This document shows, in pieces, positions 43,634-56,356 of a DNA stretch of 64,000 nucleotides; the stretch's first letter is position 1; every line of letters starts with the position of its first letter. Origin of the DNA: Escherichia coli. Lineage in GTDB: Bacteria; Pseudomonadota; Gammaproteobacteria; Enterobacterales; Enterobacteriaceae. Made by a program: the position numbers and the translations under genes. The stretch lies in assembly GCF_003334305.1 (NCBI RefSeq), contig NZ_QOWS01000016.1. One strand, given 5' to 3'. The notes under the pieces were generated by a model that had not been told where the DNA came from, did not search any database, and saw only the letters and a program-made list of their open reading frames with translations.

Positions 43634-46600
43634 TTGAGCCAGGAATACACTGAAGACAAAGAAGTCACATTGACAAAGTTAAGTAGCGGCCGTCGCCTTC
43701 TGGAAGCGTTGCTGATCCTTATTGTCCTGTTTGCCGTCTGGTTGATGGCTGCCTTACTAAGCTTTAACCCTTCGGACCCCAGCTGGTCGCAAACGGCCTG
43801 GCATGAACCTATCCATAATTTAGGTGGGATGCCCGGTGCGTGGCTGGCAGATACGCTGTTCTTTATTTTTGGCGTGATGGCTTACACCATTCCCGTCATT
43901 ATTGTCGGCGGTTGTTGGTTTGCCTGGCGTCATCAGTCCAGTGACGAATACATTGATTATTTTGCCGTTTCGCTACGCATCATTGGCGTTTTGGCGCTCA
44001 TCCTTACCTCCTGTGGTCTGGCGGCAATCAACGCTGACGATATCTGGTATTTTGCCTCCGGTGGCGTCATTGGCAGCTTACTAAGCACTACGCTACAACC
44101 ACTGCTACACAGTAGCGGGGGAACTATTGCGCTGCTCTGCGTTTGGGCTGCGGGCCTGACGCTGTTCACCGGTTGGTCATGGGTGACCATTGCTGAAAAA
44201 CTCGGCGGCTGGATTTTAAACATTCTCACCTTCGCCAGTAATCGTACCCGTCGCGATGATACCTGGGTCGATGAAGATGAATATGAAGATGACGAAGAGT
44301 ATGAAGATGAAAACCACGGCAAACAGCATGAATCACGCCGTGCCCGTATTCTTCGCGGCGCGCTAGCGCGTCGTAAACGGTTGGCGGAAAAATTCATTAA
44401 TCCGATGGGGCGGCAAACAGACGCTGCGTTGTTCTCCGGTAAGCGGATGGATGATGACGAAGAGATTATCTACACTGCACGCGGTGTGGCTGCCGACCCG
44501 GACGACGTCCTATTTTCGGGCAATCGTGCAACGCAGCCAGAATATGACGAATACGATCCATTATTAAACGGTGCGCCAATTACCGAACCTGTCGCTGTAG
44601 CAGCTGCTGCTACCACGGCGACACAAAGCTGGGCTGCGCCGGTTGAACCTGTGACTCAGACGCCGCCTGTTGCCTCTGTTGATGTTCCACCTTCGCAACC
44701 TACAGTAGCCTGGCAGCCTGTACCGGGTCCACAAACGGGAGAGCCGGTTATTGCTCCTGCACCGGAAGGTTACCCACAGCAGTCACAATATGCGCAGCCT
44801 GCAGTGCAATATAATGAGCCGCTGCAACAACCAGTACAGCCGCAGCAGCCGTATTATGCACCTGCAGCTGAACAACCTGCGCAACAACCTTACTACGCTC
44901 CTGCGGCGGAACAACCTGTTCAGCAACCGTATTACGCCCCTGCGCCAGAACAACCGGTGGCAGGTAACGCCTGGCAAGCCGAAGAGCAGCAATCCACTTT
45001 TGCTCCACAGTCTACATACCAGACTGAGCAAACTTATCAGCAACCAGCCGCTCAGGAGCCGTTGTACCAACAGCCGCAATCCGTTGAACAGCAGCCTGTT
45101 GTGGAGCCTGAACCCGTTGTAGAAGAGACAAAACCCGCGCGTCCGCCGCTTTACTATTTTGAAGAAGTGGAAGAGAAGCGAGCCCGTGAACGTGAACAAC
45201 TTGCGGCCTGGTATCAACCGATTCCAGAACCGGTTAAAGAACCAGAACCGATCAAATCTTCGTTGAAAGCGCCTTCTGTTGCAGCAGTACCTCCAGTAGA
45301 AGCCGCTGCCGCTGTTTCTCCGCTGGCATCTGGCGTGAAAAAAGCGACACTGGCGACGGGGGCTGCCGCAACCGTTGCCGCGCCAGTCTTCAGTCTGGCA
45401 AATAGCGGTGGACCGCGTCCGCAAGTCAAAGAGGGGATTGGCCCGCAGTTGCCACGACCGAAACGTATCCGCGTGCCAACTCGTCGTGAACTGGCGTCTT
45501 ACGGTATTAAGCTGCCCTCACAGCGTGCGGCGGAAGAGAAAGCCCGTGAAGCCCAGCGCAATCAGTATGATTCTGGCGATCAGTATAACGATGATGAAAT
45601 CGATGCGATGCAGCAGGATGAACTGGCACGTCAGTTCGCCCAGACACAGCAGCAACGCTATGGCGAACAGTATCAACATGATGTGCCCGTAAACGCAGAA
45701 GATGCAGATGCTGCGGCAGAGGCTGAACTGGCTCGTCAGTTTGCGCAAACTCAACAACAACGTTATTCCGGCGAACAACCGGCTGGGGCGAATCCGTTCT
45801 CGCTGGATGATTTTGAATTTTCGCCAATGAAAGCGTTGCTGGATGATGGTCCACACGAACCGTTGTTTACGCCAATTGTTGAACCTGTACAGCAGCCGCA
45901 ACAACCGGTTGCACCGCAGCAGCAGTATCAGCAGCCGCAACAACCAGTTCCGCCACAGCAGCAATATCAGCAGCCGCAACAGCCGGTTGCGCCGCAGCCG
46001 CAGTATCAGCAGCCACAACAGCAGGTTGCGCCGCAGCCACAATATCAGCAGCCGCAACAACCGGTTGCGCCACAGCCGCAATATCAGCAGCCGCAACAAC
46101 CAGTTGCGCCGCAGCCGCAGTATCAACAGCCGCAACAACCGGTTGCACCGCAGCAGCAGGATACCCTGCTTCATCCGCTGTTGATGCGTAATGGCGACAG
46201 CCGTCCGTTGCATAAACCGACGACGCCGCTGCCTTCTCTGGATTTGCTGACACCGCCGCCGAGCGAAGTGGAGCCGGTAGATACCTTTGCGCTTGAACAA
46301 ATGGCTCGCCTGGTGGAAGCGCGTCTGGCTGATTTCCGTATTAAAGCCGATGTCGTCAATTACTCTCCGGGGCCGGTTATCACTCGCTTTGAACTTAACC
46401 TGGCTCCTGGCGTAAAAGCGGCGCGCATTTCTAACTTGTCACGGGACCTTGCCCGTTCACTTTCGACGGTGGCGGTGCGTGTCGTTGAAGTTATTCCTGG
46501 CAAACCCTATGTAGGTCTGGAGTTACCAAATAAAAAACGACAAACCGTTTATCTGCGCGAAGTTTTGGATAACGCCAAATTCCGCGATAATCCGTCGCCA

Positions 46601-47701
46601 TTAACCGTGGTGCTGGGTAAAGATATCGCCGGTGAGCCGGTGGTTGCCGATCTGGCGAAAATGCCGCACTTGTTGGTTGCGGGGACTACCGGTTCCGGTA
46701 AATCTGTCGGTGTGAACGCGATGATCCTGAGCATGCTTTATAAAGCACAGCCAGAAGATGTGCGTTTCATCATGATCGACCCGAAAATGCTGGAGCTTTC
46801 GGTTTATGAAGGCATTCCGCATCTGTTAACGGAAGTCGTTACTGATATGAAAGATGCCGCCAACGCGCTGCGCTGGTGTGTTAACGAGATGGAGCGTCGG
46901 TATAAACTGATGTCTGCGCTGGGTGTGCGTAATCTGGCGGGTTATAACGAAAAAATTGCTGAAGCCGATCGCATGATGCGTCCGATTCCAGACCCGTACT
47001 GGAAGCCGGGTGACAGTATGGATGCCCAGCATCCGGTGCTGAAAAAAGAACCATACATTGTGGTGTTGGTTGACGAATTTGCCGACCTGATGATGACGGT
47101 AGGTAAAAAAGTGGAAGAGCTGATAGCACGTCTGGCGCAAAAAGCCCGTGCCGCGGGTATCCACCTCGTACTGGCAACTCAGCGTCCATCGGTTGATGTT
47201 ATTACTGGTCTGATTAAAGCGAATATTCCGACCCGTATCGCCTTTACCGTATCCAGTAAGATTGACTCACGTACCATTCTTGATCAGGCTGGCGCGGAAT
47301 CACTGCTGGGGATGGGGGATATGCTCTACTCTGGGCCGAACTCCACGTTGCCGGTACGTGTCCATGGTGCTTTTGTTCGCGATCAGGAAGTTCATGCCGT
47401 GGTGCAGGACTGGAAAGCGCGTGGTCGCCCACAGTATGTTGATGGCATCACTTCCGACAGTGAAAGCGAAGGTGGCGCGGGCGGTTTCGATGGCGCTGAA
47501 GAACTGGATCCGTTGTTCGATCAGGCGGTGCAGTTTGTCACTGAAAAACGCAAAGCGTCAATTTCTGGCGTACAGCGTCAGTTCCGCATTGGTTATAACC
47601 GTGCAGCGCGTATTATCGAACAGATGGAAGCGCAGGGGATTGTCAGCGAACAGGGGCACAACGGTAATCGTGAAGTGCTGGCCCCACCGCCGTTTGACTA
47701 A
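43634..47701 (+). CDS. ftsK: DNA translocase FtsK
   Basis: 1355-aa ORF, TTG start with GGAGAG RBS; N-terminal TM domain, long Pro/Gln-rich repeat linker, C-terminal AAA motor (GTTGSGKS) and gamma domain. Confidence 0.9.
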   Translation: MSQEYTEDKEVTLTKLSSGRRLLEALLILIVLFAVWLMAALLSFNPSDPSWSQTAWHEPIHNLGGMPGAWLADTLFFIFGVMAYTIPVIIVGGCWFAWRHQSSDEYIDYFAVSLRIIGVLALILTSCGLAAINADDIWYFASGGVIGSLLSTTLQPLLHSSGGTIALLCVWAAGLTLFTGWSWVTIAEKLGGWILNILTFASNRTRRDDTWVDEDEYEDDEEYEDENHGKQHESRRARILRGALARRKRLAEKFINPMGRQTDAALFSGKRMDDDEEIIYTARGVAADPDDVLFSGNRATQPEYDEYDPLLNGAPITEPVAVAAAATTATQSWAAPVEPVTQTPPVASVDVPPSQPTVAWQPVPGPQTGEPVIAPAPEGYPQQSQYAQPAVQYNEPLQQPVQPQQPYYAPAAEQPAQQPYYAPAAEQPVQQPYYAPAPEQPVAGNAWQAEEQQSTFAPQSTYQTEQTYQQPAAQEPLYQQPQSVEQQPVVEPEPVVEETKPARPPLYYFEEVEEKRAREREQLAAWYQPIPEPVKEPEPIKSSLKAPSVAAVPPVEAAAAVSPLASGVKKATLATGAAATVAAPVFSLANSGGPRPQVKEGIGPQLPRPKRIRVPTRRELASYGIKLPSQRAAEEKAREAQRNQYDSGDQYNDDEIDAMQQDELARQFAQTQQQRYGEQYQHDVPVNAEDADAAAEAELARQFAQTQQQRYSGEQPAGANPFSLDDFEFSPMKALLDDGPHEPLFTPIVEPVQQPQQPVAPQQQYQQPQQPVPPQQQYQQPQQPVAPQPQYQQPQQQVAPQPQYQQPQQPVAPQPQYQQPQQPVAPQPQYQQPQQPVAPQQQDTLLHPLLMRNGDSRPLHKPTTPLPSLDLLTPPPSEVEPVDTFALEQMARLVEARLADFRIKADVVNYSPGPVITRFELNLAPGVKAARISNLSRDLARSLSTVAVRVVEVIPGKPYVGLELPNKKRQTVYLREVLDNAKFRDNPSPLTVVLGKDIAGEPVVADLAKMPHLLVAGTTGSGKSVGVNAMILSMLYKAQPEDVRFIMIDPKMLELSVYEGIPHLLTEVVTDMKDAANALRWCVNEMERRYKLMSALGVRNLAGYNEKIAEADRMMRPIPDPYWKPGDSMDAQHPVLKKEPYIVVLVDEFADLMMTVGKKVEELIARLAQKARAAGIHLVLATQRPSVDVITGLIKANIPTRIAFTVSSKIDSRTILDQAGAESLLGMGDMLYSGPNSTLPVRVHGAFVRDQEVHAVVQDWKARGRPQYVDGITSDSESEGGAGGFDGAEELDPLFDQAVQFVTEKRKASISGVQRQFRIGYNRAARIIEQMEAQGIVSEQGHNGNREVLAPPPFD
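44843..44959 (+). repeat. 3 x 39-bp in-frame tandem repeat in ftsK linker ([13 protein letters not shown] units)
   Basis: Three near-identical 13-codon units read from sequence and translation. Confidence 0.8.
45890..46159 (+). repeat. 7 x 39-bp in-frame tandem repeat in ftsK linker ([10 protein letters not shown](P/Q)QY units)
   Basis: Seven near-identical 13-codon units; creates spurious ORFs on other frames and on the minus strand. Confidence 0.85.
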
Positions 47702-47710
47702 TTAATGCAT

Positions 47711-47745
47711 TGCCGGATAAGGCGCGGTAGCGTCGCATCCGGCAC
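47711..47745. repeat. Single REP element downstream of ftsK
   Basis: TGCCGGATAAGGCGCGGTAGCGTCGCATCCGGCA palindrome immediately after ftsK stop. Confidence 0.7.
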
Positions 47746-47855
47746 TCTATCAACTGAAAATTCAGTATTTTCTTCTTTCCTCAAGCTGATTATTAGCCTG
47801 GAATAGAGAGTAGAGGGAACTCCCGATCGGGAGTGACGTAATTTGAGGAATAATG

Positions 47856-48467
47856 ATGAAAAAAATTGCCATCACCTGTGCATTACTCTCAAGCTTAGTA
47901 GCAAGCAGCGTTTGGGCTGATGCCGCAAGCGATCTGAAAAGCCGCCTGGATAAAGTCAGCAGCTTCCACGCCAGCTTCACACAAAAAGTGACTGACGGTA
48001 GCGGCGCGGCGGTGCAGGAAGGTCAGGGCGATCTGTGGGTGAAACGTCCAAACTTATTCAACTGGCATATGACACAACCTGATGAAAGCATTCTGGTTTC
48101 TGACGGTAAAACACTGTGGTTCTATAACCCGTTCGTTGAGCAAGCTACGGCAACCTGGCTGAAAGATGCCACCGGTAATACGCCGTTTATGCTGATTGCC
48201 CGCAACCAGTCCAGCGACTGGCAGCAGTACAATATCAAACAGAATGGCGATGACTTTGTCCTGACGCCGAAAGCCAGCAATGGCAATCTGAAGCAGTTCA
48301 CCATTAACGTGGGACGTGATGGCACAATCCATCAGTTTAGCGCGGTGGAGCAGGACGATCAGCGCAGCAGTTATCAACTGAAATCCCAGCAAAATGGGGC
48401 TGTGGATGCAGCGAAATTTACCTTCACCCCGCCGCAAGGCGTCACGGTAGATGATCAACGTAAGTAG
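47856..48467 (+). CDS. lolA: Outer-membrane lipoprotein carrier protein LolA
   Basis: ORF track starts at 47853 (MMKKIA...); second ATG at 47856 has better spacing from GAGG; 203 aa with signal peptide ([21 protein letters not shown]). Confidence 0.9.
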
Positions 48468-48477
48468 AGGCACCTGA

Positions 48478-49821
48478 GTGAGCAATCTGTCGCTCGATTT
48501 TTCGGATAATACTTTTCAACCTCTGGCCGCGCGTATGCGGCCAGAAAATTTAGCACAGTATATCGGCCAGCAACATTTGCTGGCTGCGGGGAAGCCGTTG
48601 CCGCGCGCTATCGAAGCCGGGCATTTACATTCTATGATCCTCTGGGGGCCACCGGGTACCGGCAAAACAACCCTCGCTGAAGTGATTGCCCGCTATGCGA
48701 ACGCTGATGTGGAACGTATTTCTGCCGTCACCTCTGGCGTGAAAGAAATTCGCGAGGCGATCGAGCGCGCCCGGCAAAATCGCAATGCAGGTCGCCGCAC
48801 TATTCTTTTTGTTGATGAAGTTCACCGTTTCAACAAAAGCCAGCAGGATGCATTTCTGCCACATATTGAAGACGGCACCATCACTTTTATTGGCGCAACC
48901 ACTGAAAACCCGTCGTTTGAGCTTAATTCGGCACTGCTTTCCCGTGCCCGTGTCTATCTATTGAAATCCCTGAGTACAGAGGATATTGAGCAAGTACTAA
49001 CTCAGGCGATGGAAGACAAAACCCGTGGCTATGGTGGTCAGGATATTGTTCTGCCAGATGAAACACGACGCGCCATTGCTGAACTGGTGAATGGCGACGC
49101 GCGCCGGGCGTTAAATACGCTGGAAATGATGGCGGATATGGCCGAAGTCGATGATAGCGGTAAGCGGGTCCTGAAGCCTGAATTACTGACCGAAATCGCA
49201 GGTGAACGTAGCGCCCGCTTTGATAACAAAGGCGATCGCTTTTACGATCTGATTTCCGCACTGCATAAGTCGGTACGTGGTAGCGCACCCGATGCGGCGC
49301 TCTACTGGTATGCGCGAATTATTACCGCCGGTGGCGATCCGTTATATGTCGCGCGTCGTTGCCTGGCAATTGCTTCCGAAGATGTCGGCAATGCCGACCC
49401 ACGGGCGATGCAGGTGGCAATTGCGGCCTGGGATTGCTTTACTCGCGTTGGCCCGGCGGAAGGTGAACGCGCCATTGCTCAGGCGATTGTTTACCTGGCC
49501 TGCGCGCCAAAAAGCAACGCTGTCTACACTGCGTTTAAAGCCGCGCTGGCGGATGCTCGCGAACGTCCGGATTATGACGTGCCGGTTCATTTGCGTAATG
49601 CGCCGACGAAATTAATGAAGGAAATGGGCTACGGGCAGGAATATCGTTACGCTCATGATGAAGCAAACGCTTATGCTGCCGGTGAGGTTTACTTCCCGCC
49701 GGAAATAGCACAAACACGCTATTATTTCCCGACAAACAGGGGCCTTGAAGGCAAGATTGGCGAAAAGCTCGCCTGGCTGGCTGAACAGGATCAAAATAGC
49801 CCCATAAAACGCTACCGTTAA
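48478..49821 (+). CDS. rarA: Replication-associated recombination protein RarA (MgsA/YcaJ), AAA+ ATPase
   Basis: 447-aa ORF, GTG start with AGAGG RBS; Walker [10 protein letters not shown]. Confidence 0.9.
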
Positions 49822-49890
49822 TGTTATCGTTGCGGTAATGTTGTTACTGTATCCCTGTGGTCGCAGGCTGTGGCCACATCTCCCATTTAA

Positions 49891-51204
<1,314 letters not shown>

Positions 51205-51225
51205 TACCCAATTTTTCTGAATCTA

Positions 51226-51250
51226 AAAAGCGCCTGCGGGCGCTTTTTTT
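51226..51250 (+). terminator. Rho-independent terminator of serS
   Basis: AGCGCC-tgcg-GGCGCT stem followed by a 7-nt T-run. Confidence 0.7.
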
Positions 51251-51258
51251 GTCTCCCT

Positions 51259-51272
51259 TTGATACCGAACAA
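51259..51272 (+). promoter_or_regulatory. FNR-type binding site upstream of dmsA
   Basis: TTGAT-accg-AACAA, 9/10 match to TTGAT-N4-ATCAA; ~170 bp upstream of the dmsA ATG, consistent with an anaerobically activated promoter and long leader. Confidence 0.45.
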
Positions 51273-51442
51273 TAATTACTCCTCACTTACACGTAATACT
51301 ACTTTCGAGTGAAAATCTACCTATCTCTTTGATTTTCAAATTATTCGATGTATACAAGCCTATATAGCGAACTGCTATAGAAATAATTACACAATACGGT
51401 TTGTTACTGGAATCAATCGTGAGCAAGCTTGAGTGAGCCATT

Positions 51443-53887
51443 ATGAAAACGAAAATCCCTGATGCGGTATTGGCTGCTGAGGTGAGTCGCCGTGGTTTGG
51501 TAAAAACGACAGCGATCGGCGGCCTGGCAATGGCCAGCAGCGCATTAACATTACCTTTTAGTCGGATTGCGCACGCTGTCGATAGCGCCATTCCAACAAA
51601 ATCAGACGAAAAGGTTATCTGGAGCGCCTGTACAGTTAACTGTGGTAGTCGCTGCCCGCTACGTATGCACGTCGTGGACGGTGAAATCAAATATGTCGAA
51701 ACGGACAATACCGGCGATGACAATTACGACGGCCTGCACCAGGTTCGCGCCTGTCTGCGTGGGCGTTCCATGCGTCGCCGTGTCTACAATCCGGACCGCC
51801 TGAAATATCCGATGAAACGAGTCGGGGCGCGCGGTGAAGGCAAATTCGAGCGCATTAGCTGGGAAGAAGCCTACGACATCATCGCGACCAATATGCAGCG
51901 CCTGATCAAAGAGTACGGCAACGAGTCTATCTATCTGAACTATGGCACCGGTACGCTGGGCGGCACCATGACCCGCTCCTGGCCGCCGGGAAATACCCTG
52001 GTCGCGCGCCTGATGAACTGCTGCGGCGGTTATCTTAACCATTACGGTGACTACTCTTCTGCGCAAATTGCGGAAGGTTTGAACTATACCTACGGCGGCT
52101 GGGCAGATGGTAACAGCCCGTCGGATATCGAAAACAGTAAATTGGTAGTGCTGTTTGGTAATAACCCAGGCGAAACGCGAATGAGTGGCGGTGGGGTGAC
52201 TTACTATCTTGAACAGGCACGCCAGAAATCTAATGCCCGCATGATCATCATCGATCCGCGCTATACCGACACCGGTGCCGGGCGCGAAGATGAGTGGATC
52301 CCTATTCGTCCAGGAACAGATGCCGCACTGGTTAACGGTCTGGCGTATGTCATGATCACCGAAAACCTGGTGGATCAGGCATTCCTTGATAAATATTGCG
52401 TTGGCTACGATGAGAAAACCCTGCCCGCTAGCGCGCCGAAAAATGGCCACTATAAAGCTTATATTCTGGGTGAAGGGCCAGATGGCGTGGCTAAAACACC
52501 GCAATGGGCCTCGCAAATCACCGGTATCCCGGCAGAGAAAATCATTCAACTGGCACGGGAAATCGGCAGTACCAAACCGGCGTTTATCAGCCAGGGATGG
52601 GGGCCACAGCGCCACGCCAACGGCGAAATCGCGACTCGCGCTATCTCGATGCTGGCGATTCTGACCGGTAACGTCGGTATTAACGGAGGCAACAGCGGCG
52701 CGCGTGAAGGTTCATACAGCTTACCGTTTGTCCGTATGCCGACCTTGGAAAACCCGATCCAGACCAGCATTTCGATGTTTATGTGGACCGATGCCATTGA
52801 ACGTGGCCCGGAAATGACAGCGCTGCGTGATGGTGTACGCGGGAAAGATAAGCTGGATGTGCCGATCAAAATGATCTGGAACTATGCCGGTAACTGCCTG
52901 ATTAACCAGCATTCTGAAATCAACCGTACCCATGAAATCCTTCAGGATGATAAGAAGTGCGAGCTGATTGTGGTTATCGACTGCCACATGACCTCATCGG
53001 CGAAATATGCTGACATCCTGCTGCCTGACTGCACCGCTTCCGAACAGATGGACTTTGCACTGGATGCATCCTGCGGGAATATGTCTTACGTGATTTTCAA
53101 CGATCAGGTGATTAAACCGCGCTTTGAATGTAAGACCATCTATGAAATGACCAGCGAACTGGCAAAACGTCTTGGCGTTGAGCAACAGTTTACTGAAGGC
53201 CGTACACAGGAAGAGTGGATGCGGCATCTGTATGCCCAGTCGCGGGAAGCGATTCCTGAACTGCCAACGTTTGAAGAGTTCCGCAAGCAGGGGATCTTTA
53301 AAAAGCGCGACCCACAAGGGCATCACGTTGCTTATAAAGCCTTCCGTGAAGATCCGCAGGCAAACCCACTGACTACGCCATCGGGCAAAATTGAGATTTA
53401 TTCGCAGGCGCTGGCTGACATTGCCGCTACCTGGGAATTGCCAGAAGGCGATGTGATCGATCCACTGCCGATCTACACGCCGGGCTTTGAAAGTTATCAG
53501 GATCCGCTGAACAAACAGTATCCGCTGCAGCTTACGGGTTTCCACTATAAATCTCGCGTTCACTCAACTTACGGCAACGTTGATGTGCTGAAAGCGGCTT
53601 GCCGTCAGGAAATGTGGATCAACCCGCTTGATGCGCAAAAACGCGGTATCAACAACGGCGATAAAGTCAGGATCTTTAACGATCGTGGTGAAGTTCATAT
53701 TGAGGCGAAAGTGACGCCACGAATGATGCCGGGTGTGGTCGCACTGGGTGAAGGTGCCTGGTATGACCCGGATGCAAAACGTGTCGATAAGGGCGGTTGT
53801 ATTAACGTACTGACCACTCAACGTCCGTCTCCTCTCGCTAAGGGGAATCCGTCACATACAAACCTTGTTCAGGTTGAAAAGGTGTAA
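51443..53887 (+). CDS. dmsA: Anaerobic DMSO reductase catalytic subunit DmsA (molybdopterin)
   Basis: 814-aa ORF; twin-arginine signal (SRRGLVKTTAIGGLAMA...AHA); N-terminal Cys cluster for 4Fe-4S. Confidence 0.95.
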   Translation: MKTKIPDAVLAAEVSRRGLVKTTAIGGLAMASSALTLPFSRIAHAVDSAIPTKSDEKVIWSACTVNCGSRCPLRMHVVDGEIKYVETDNTGDDNYDGLHQVRACLRGRSMRRRVYNPDRLKYPMKRVGARGEGKFERISWEEAYDIIATNMQRLIKEYGNESIYLNYGTGTLGGTMTRSWPPGNTLVARLMNCCGGYLNHYGDYSSAQIAEGLNYTYGGWADGNSPSDIENSKLVVLFGNNPGETRMSGGGVTYYLEQARQKSNARMIIIDPRYTDTGAGREDEWIPIRPGTDAALVNGLAYVMITENLVDQAFLDKYCVGYDEKTLPASAPKNGHYKAYILGEGPDGVAKTPQWASQITGIPAEKIIQLAREIGSTKPAFISQGWGPQRHANGEIATRAISMLAILTGNVGINGGNSGAREGSYSLPFVRMPTLENPIQTSISMFMWTDAIERGPEMTALRDGVRGKDKLDVPIKMIWNYAGNCLINQHSEINRTHEILQDDKKCELIVVIDCHMTSSAKYADILLPDCTASEQMDFALDASCGNMSYVIFNDQVIKPRFECKTIYEMTSELAKRLGVEQQFTEGRTQEEWMRHLYAQSREAIPELPTFEEFRKQGIFKKRDPQGHHVAYKAFREDPQANPLTTPSGKIEIYSQALADIAATWELPEGDVIDPLPIYTPGFESYQDPLNKQYPLQLTGFHYKSRVHSTYGNVDVLKAACRQEMWINPLDAQKRGINNGDKVRIFNDRGEVHIEAKVTPRMMPGVVALGEGAWYDPDAKRVDKGGCINVLTTQRPSPLAKGNPSHTNLVQVEKV

Positions 53888-53897
53888 GGAGTAACCG

Positions 53898-54515
53898 ATG
53901 ACAACCCAGTATGGATTTTTTATTGATTCCAGCCGTTGCACCGGTTGCAAAACCTGCGAGCTGGCCTGTAAAGACTACAAAGATTTGACGCCAGAAGTCA
54001 GCTTCCGCCGCATTTATGAATATGCTGGCGGCGACTGGCAGGAAGATAACGGTGTCTGGCACCAGAACGTGTTTGCCTACTATCTGTCGATTTCATGTAA
54101 CCACTGCGAAGATCCGGCTTGTACTAAAGTCTGCCCGAGCGGTGCGATGCATAAACGCGAAGATGGTTTTGTTGTGGTCGATGAAGATGTATGCATTGGC
54201 TGCCGCTACTGTCATATGGCTTGCCCGTATGGCGCACCGCAATATAACGAAACGAAAGGCCATATGACCAAATGCGATGGTTGTTATGACCGTGTTGCGG
54301 AGGGTAAAAAGCCGATCTGTGTTGAATCTTGCCCGCTGCGGGCGCTGGATTTCGGTCCTATCGACGAGCTGCGTAAAAAACATGGCGATCTGGCGGCCGT
54401 TGCGCCGTTGCCGCGAGCTCACTTTACCAAACCGAATATTGTGATCAAACCCAATGCCAACAGCCGCCCGACCGGGGATACCACTGGCTACCTGGCAAAC
54501 CCGAAGGAGGTGTGA
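53898..54515 (+). CDS. dmsB: DMSO reductase iron-sulfur subunit DmsB
   Basis: 205-aa ORF with four ferredoxin-type Cys clusters (CTGCKTC, CNHCEDPAC, CIGCRYC, CDGC...C). Confidence 0.95.
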   Translation: MTTQYGFFIDSSRCTGCKTCELACKDYKDLTPEVSFRRIYEYAGGDWQEDNGVWHQNVFAYYLSISCNHCEDPACTKVCPSGAMHKREDGFVVVDEDVCIGCRYCHMACPYGAPQYNETKGHMTKCDGCYDRVAEGKKPICVESCPLRALDFGPIDELRKKHGDLAAVAPLPRAHFTKPNIVIKPNANSRPTGDTTGYLANPKEV

Positions 54516-54516
54516 G

Positions 54517-55380
54517 ATGGGAAGTGGATGGCATGAATGGCCGCTGATGATCTTCACGGTCTTCGGGCAATGTGTAGCGGGTGGTTTTATCGTTCTGGCT
54601 TTGGCGCTGCTCAAAGGCGACCTGCGAGCAGAAGCCCAGCAGCGTGTTATCGCCTGCATGTTTGGCTTATGGGTGCTGATGGGCATTGGCTTTATCGCCT
54701 CTATGCTCCATCTTGGTTCACCGATGCGCGCCTTTAACTCGCTCAACCGGGTAGGGGCTTCAGCACTCAGTAACGAAATCGCCAGCGGTTCGATCTTTTT
54801 TGCTGTAGGCGGCATCGGCTGGTTGCTGGCAATGCTGAAAAAGCTGTCACCGGCATTGCGTACGCTATGGCTGGTGGTGACGATGGTTCTTGGCGTCGTC
54901 TTTGTCTGGATGATGGTGCGTGTGTATAACAGCATTGATACCGTTCCGACCTGGTACAGCATCTGGACGCCGATGGGCTTCTTCCTGACGATGTTCATGG
55001 GCGGCCCGTTACTGGGTTACCTGTTGCTGAGTCTGGCTGGCGTCGATGGCTGGGCGATGCGTCTGCTGCCAGCCATTTCTGTACTGGCACTGGTGGTGAG
55101 TGGTGTGATGTCAGTGATGCAGGGCACAGAGCTGGCAACTATTCATAGTTCTGTGCAGCAGGCCGCAGCGCTGGTGCCGGACTATGGTGCGCTGATGTCC
55201 TGGCGGATCGTGCTTTTGGCCGTTGCCCTGTGCTTGTGGATTGCACCACAGCTAAAAGGTTATCAGCCTGCGGTTCCGCTACTATCCGTCTCATTCATTC
55301 TGCTTCTGGCAGGGGAATTAATCGGTCGCGGCGTATTCTATGGTTTGCATATGACCGTGGGGATGGCCGTCGCAAGCTAA
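54517..55380 (+). CDS. dmsC: DMSO reductase membrane anchor subunit DmsC
   Basis: ORF track 54454..55380 trimmed to ATG at 54517 (MGSGWHEWPLMIFTVFGQ...) with AGGAGG RBS, 287 aa multi-TM. Confidence 0.9.
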   Translation: MGSGWHEWPLMIFTVFGQCVAGGFIVLALALLKGDLRAEAQQRVIACMFGLWVLMGIGFIASMLHLGSPMRAFNSLNRVGASALSNEIASGSIFFAVGGIGWLLAMLKKLSPALRTLWLVVTMVLGVVFVWMMVRVYNSIDTVPTWYSIWTPMGFFLTMFMGGPLLGYLLLSLAGVDGWAMRLLPAISVLALVVSGVMSVMQGTELATIHSSVQQAAALVPDYGALMSWRIVLLAVALCLWIAPQLKGYQPAVPLLSVSFILLLAGELIGRGVFYGLHMTVGMAVAS

Positions 55381-55388
55381 TCAGTAAC

Positions 55389-55420
55389 AACCGGGGTTTC
55401 GGCCCCGGTTCTCTTTTATT
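55389..55420. terminator. Bidirectional terminator between dmsC and ycaC
   Basis: AACCGGGG-tttcgg-CCCCGGTT stem followed by T-rich tract; sits between convergent stops. Confidence 0.6.
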
Positions 55421-56042
55421 TCTGCTTCGTTAACGTGTCATAACTGGTCATCAAATTACGATAATCAGGAATATGGTTAGAGAACAACGTCGCCAGTCCT
55501 TCAATATCATTACGCCAGTCACGGTGCAGCTCGCACGCCACGCCGAACCATGTCATCAATTGCGCACCTGCTTGCGACATGCGATCCCATGCCGAATGCC
55601 GGGTAATTTCATTAAAGGTCCCTGACGCGTCAGTCACAACAAAGACATCAAACCCTTCTTCAATGGCTGAAAGCGCCGGGAATGCCACGCAAACTTCGGT
55701 TACCACACCGGCAATAATTAACTGTTTTTTACCTGTCGCTTTGACTGCTTTTACAAAATCTTCGTTATCCCAGGCGTTAATATTTCCCGGGCGAGCAATG
55801 TAAGGTGCATCGGGGAATTGTGCTTTCAGTTCTGGAACTAATGGACCGTTAGGACCGGTTTCAAAACTGGTGGTAAGAATAGTAGGTAAGTTGAAATACT
55901 TAGCCAGGTCACCCAGCGCCAGCACGTTATTTTTAAACTTATCGGGTTCGATATCCCGTACAAGGGAAAGTAAACCAGCCTGATGATCAACAAGCAAAAC
56001 GGCAGCATCATTTTTATCAAGACGAACATACGGTTTGGTCAT
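55416..56042 (-). CDS. ycaC: Isochorismatase-family hydrolase YcaC
   Basis: 208-aa ORF recognised as YcaC (MTKPYVRLDKNDAAVLLVDHQAGLL...). Confidence 0.85.
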   Translation of the reverse strand: MTKPYVRLDKNDAAVLLVDHQAGLLSLVRDIEPDKFKNNVLALGDLAKYFNLPTILTTSFETGPNGPLVPELKAQFPDAPYIARPGNINAWDNEDFVKAVKATGKKQLIIAGVVTEVCVAFPALSAIEEGFDVFVVTDASGTFNEITRHSAWDRMSQAGAQLMTWFGVACELHRDWRNDIEGLATLFSNHIPDYRNLMTSYDTLTKQK

Positions 56043-56356
56043 CCTCTTCTCCTTTCGAGAGTCAGTGGTACGTCTGAAATCGGTCAGACGTGATGCATTG
56101 CTCTGAAAGCATAGACGGGAAATATGAGTTTGCTGTGACCATGAAATTTTTCGACTGAACGAAGCGTATGAAATTTGTGTTAGATCAATAAAAACAATCA
56201 GATGAGATTAATCATCTCTTCAGCATTAGCGTTATGAATGAGTAATATAAATCGATAATACCGCCGCTGCGATATGCGCGTATTTTCACCCATTGACAAT
56301 GTTTTTGGCGGTGGCATGATGCGCATGAAATTTGAACTTCCTCACGGTTTTAATTC

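Noticed and set aside
44748-46359. Long minus-strand and alternate-frame ORFs inside ftsK (e.g. 44783..45424, 45518..46300, 45867..46253)
   Set aside because: They lie within the ftsK repeat linker, have low-complexity R/L/Q- or A-rich translations, and exist only because the tandem repeats lack stop codons in several frames.
51659-52615. 318-aa minus-strand ORF inside dmsA
   Set aside because: Fully antisense to the well-supported dmsA reading frame, with no start-site signals.
54093-54998. 301-aa minus-strand ORF spanning dmsB and dmsC
   Set aside because: Antisense to two recognised genes; artefact.
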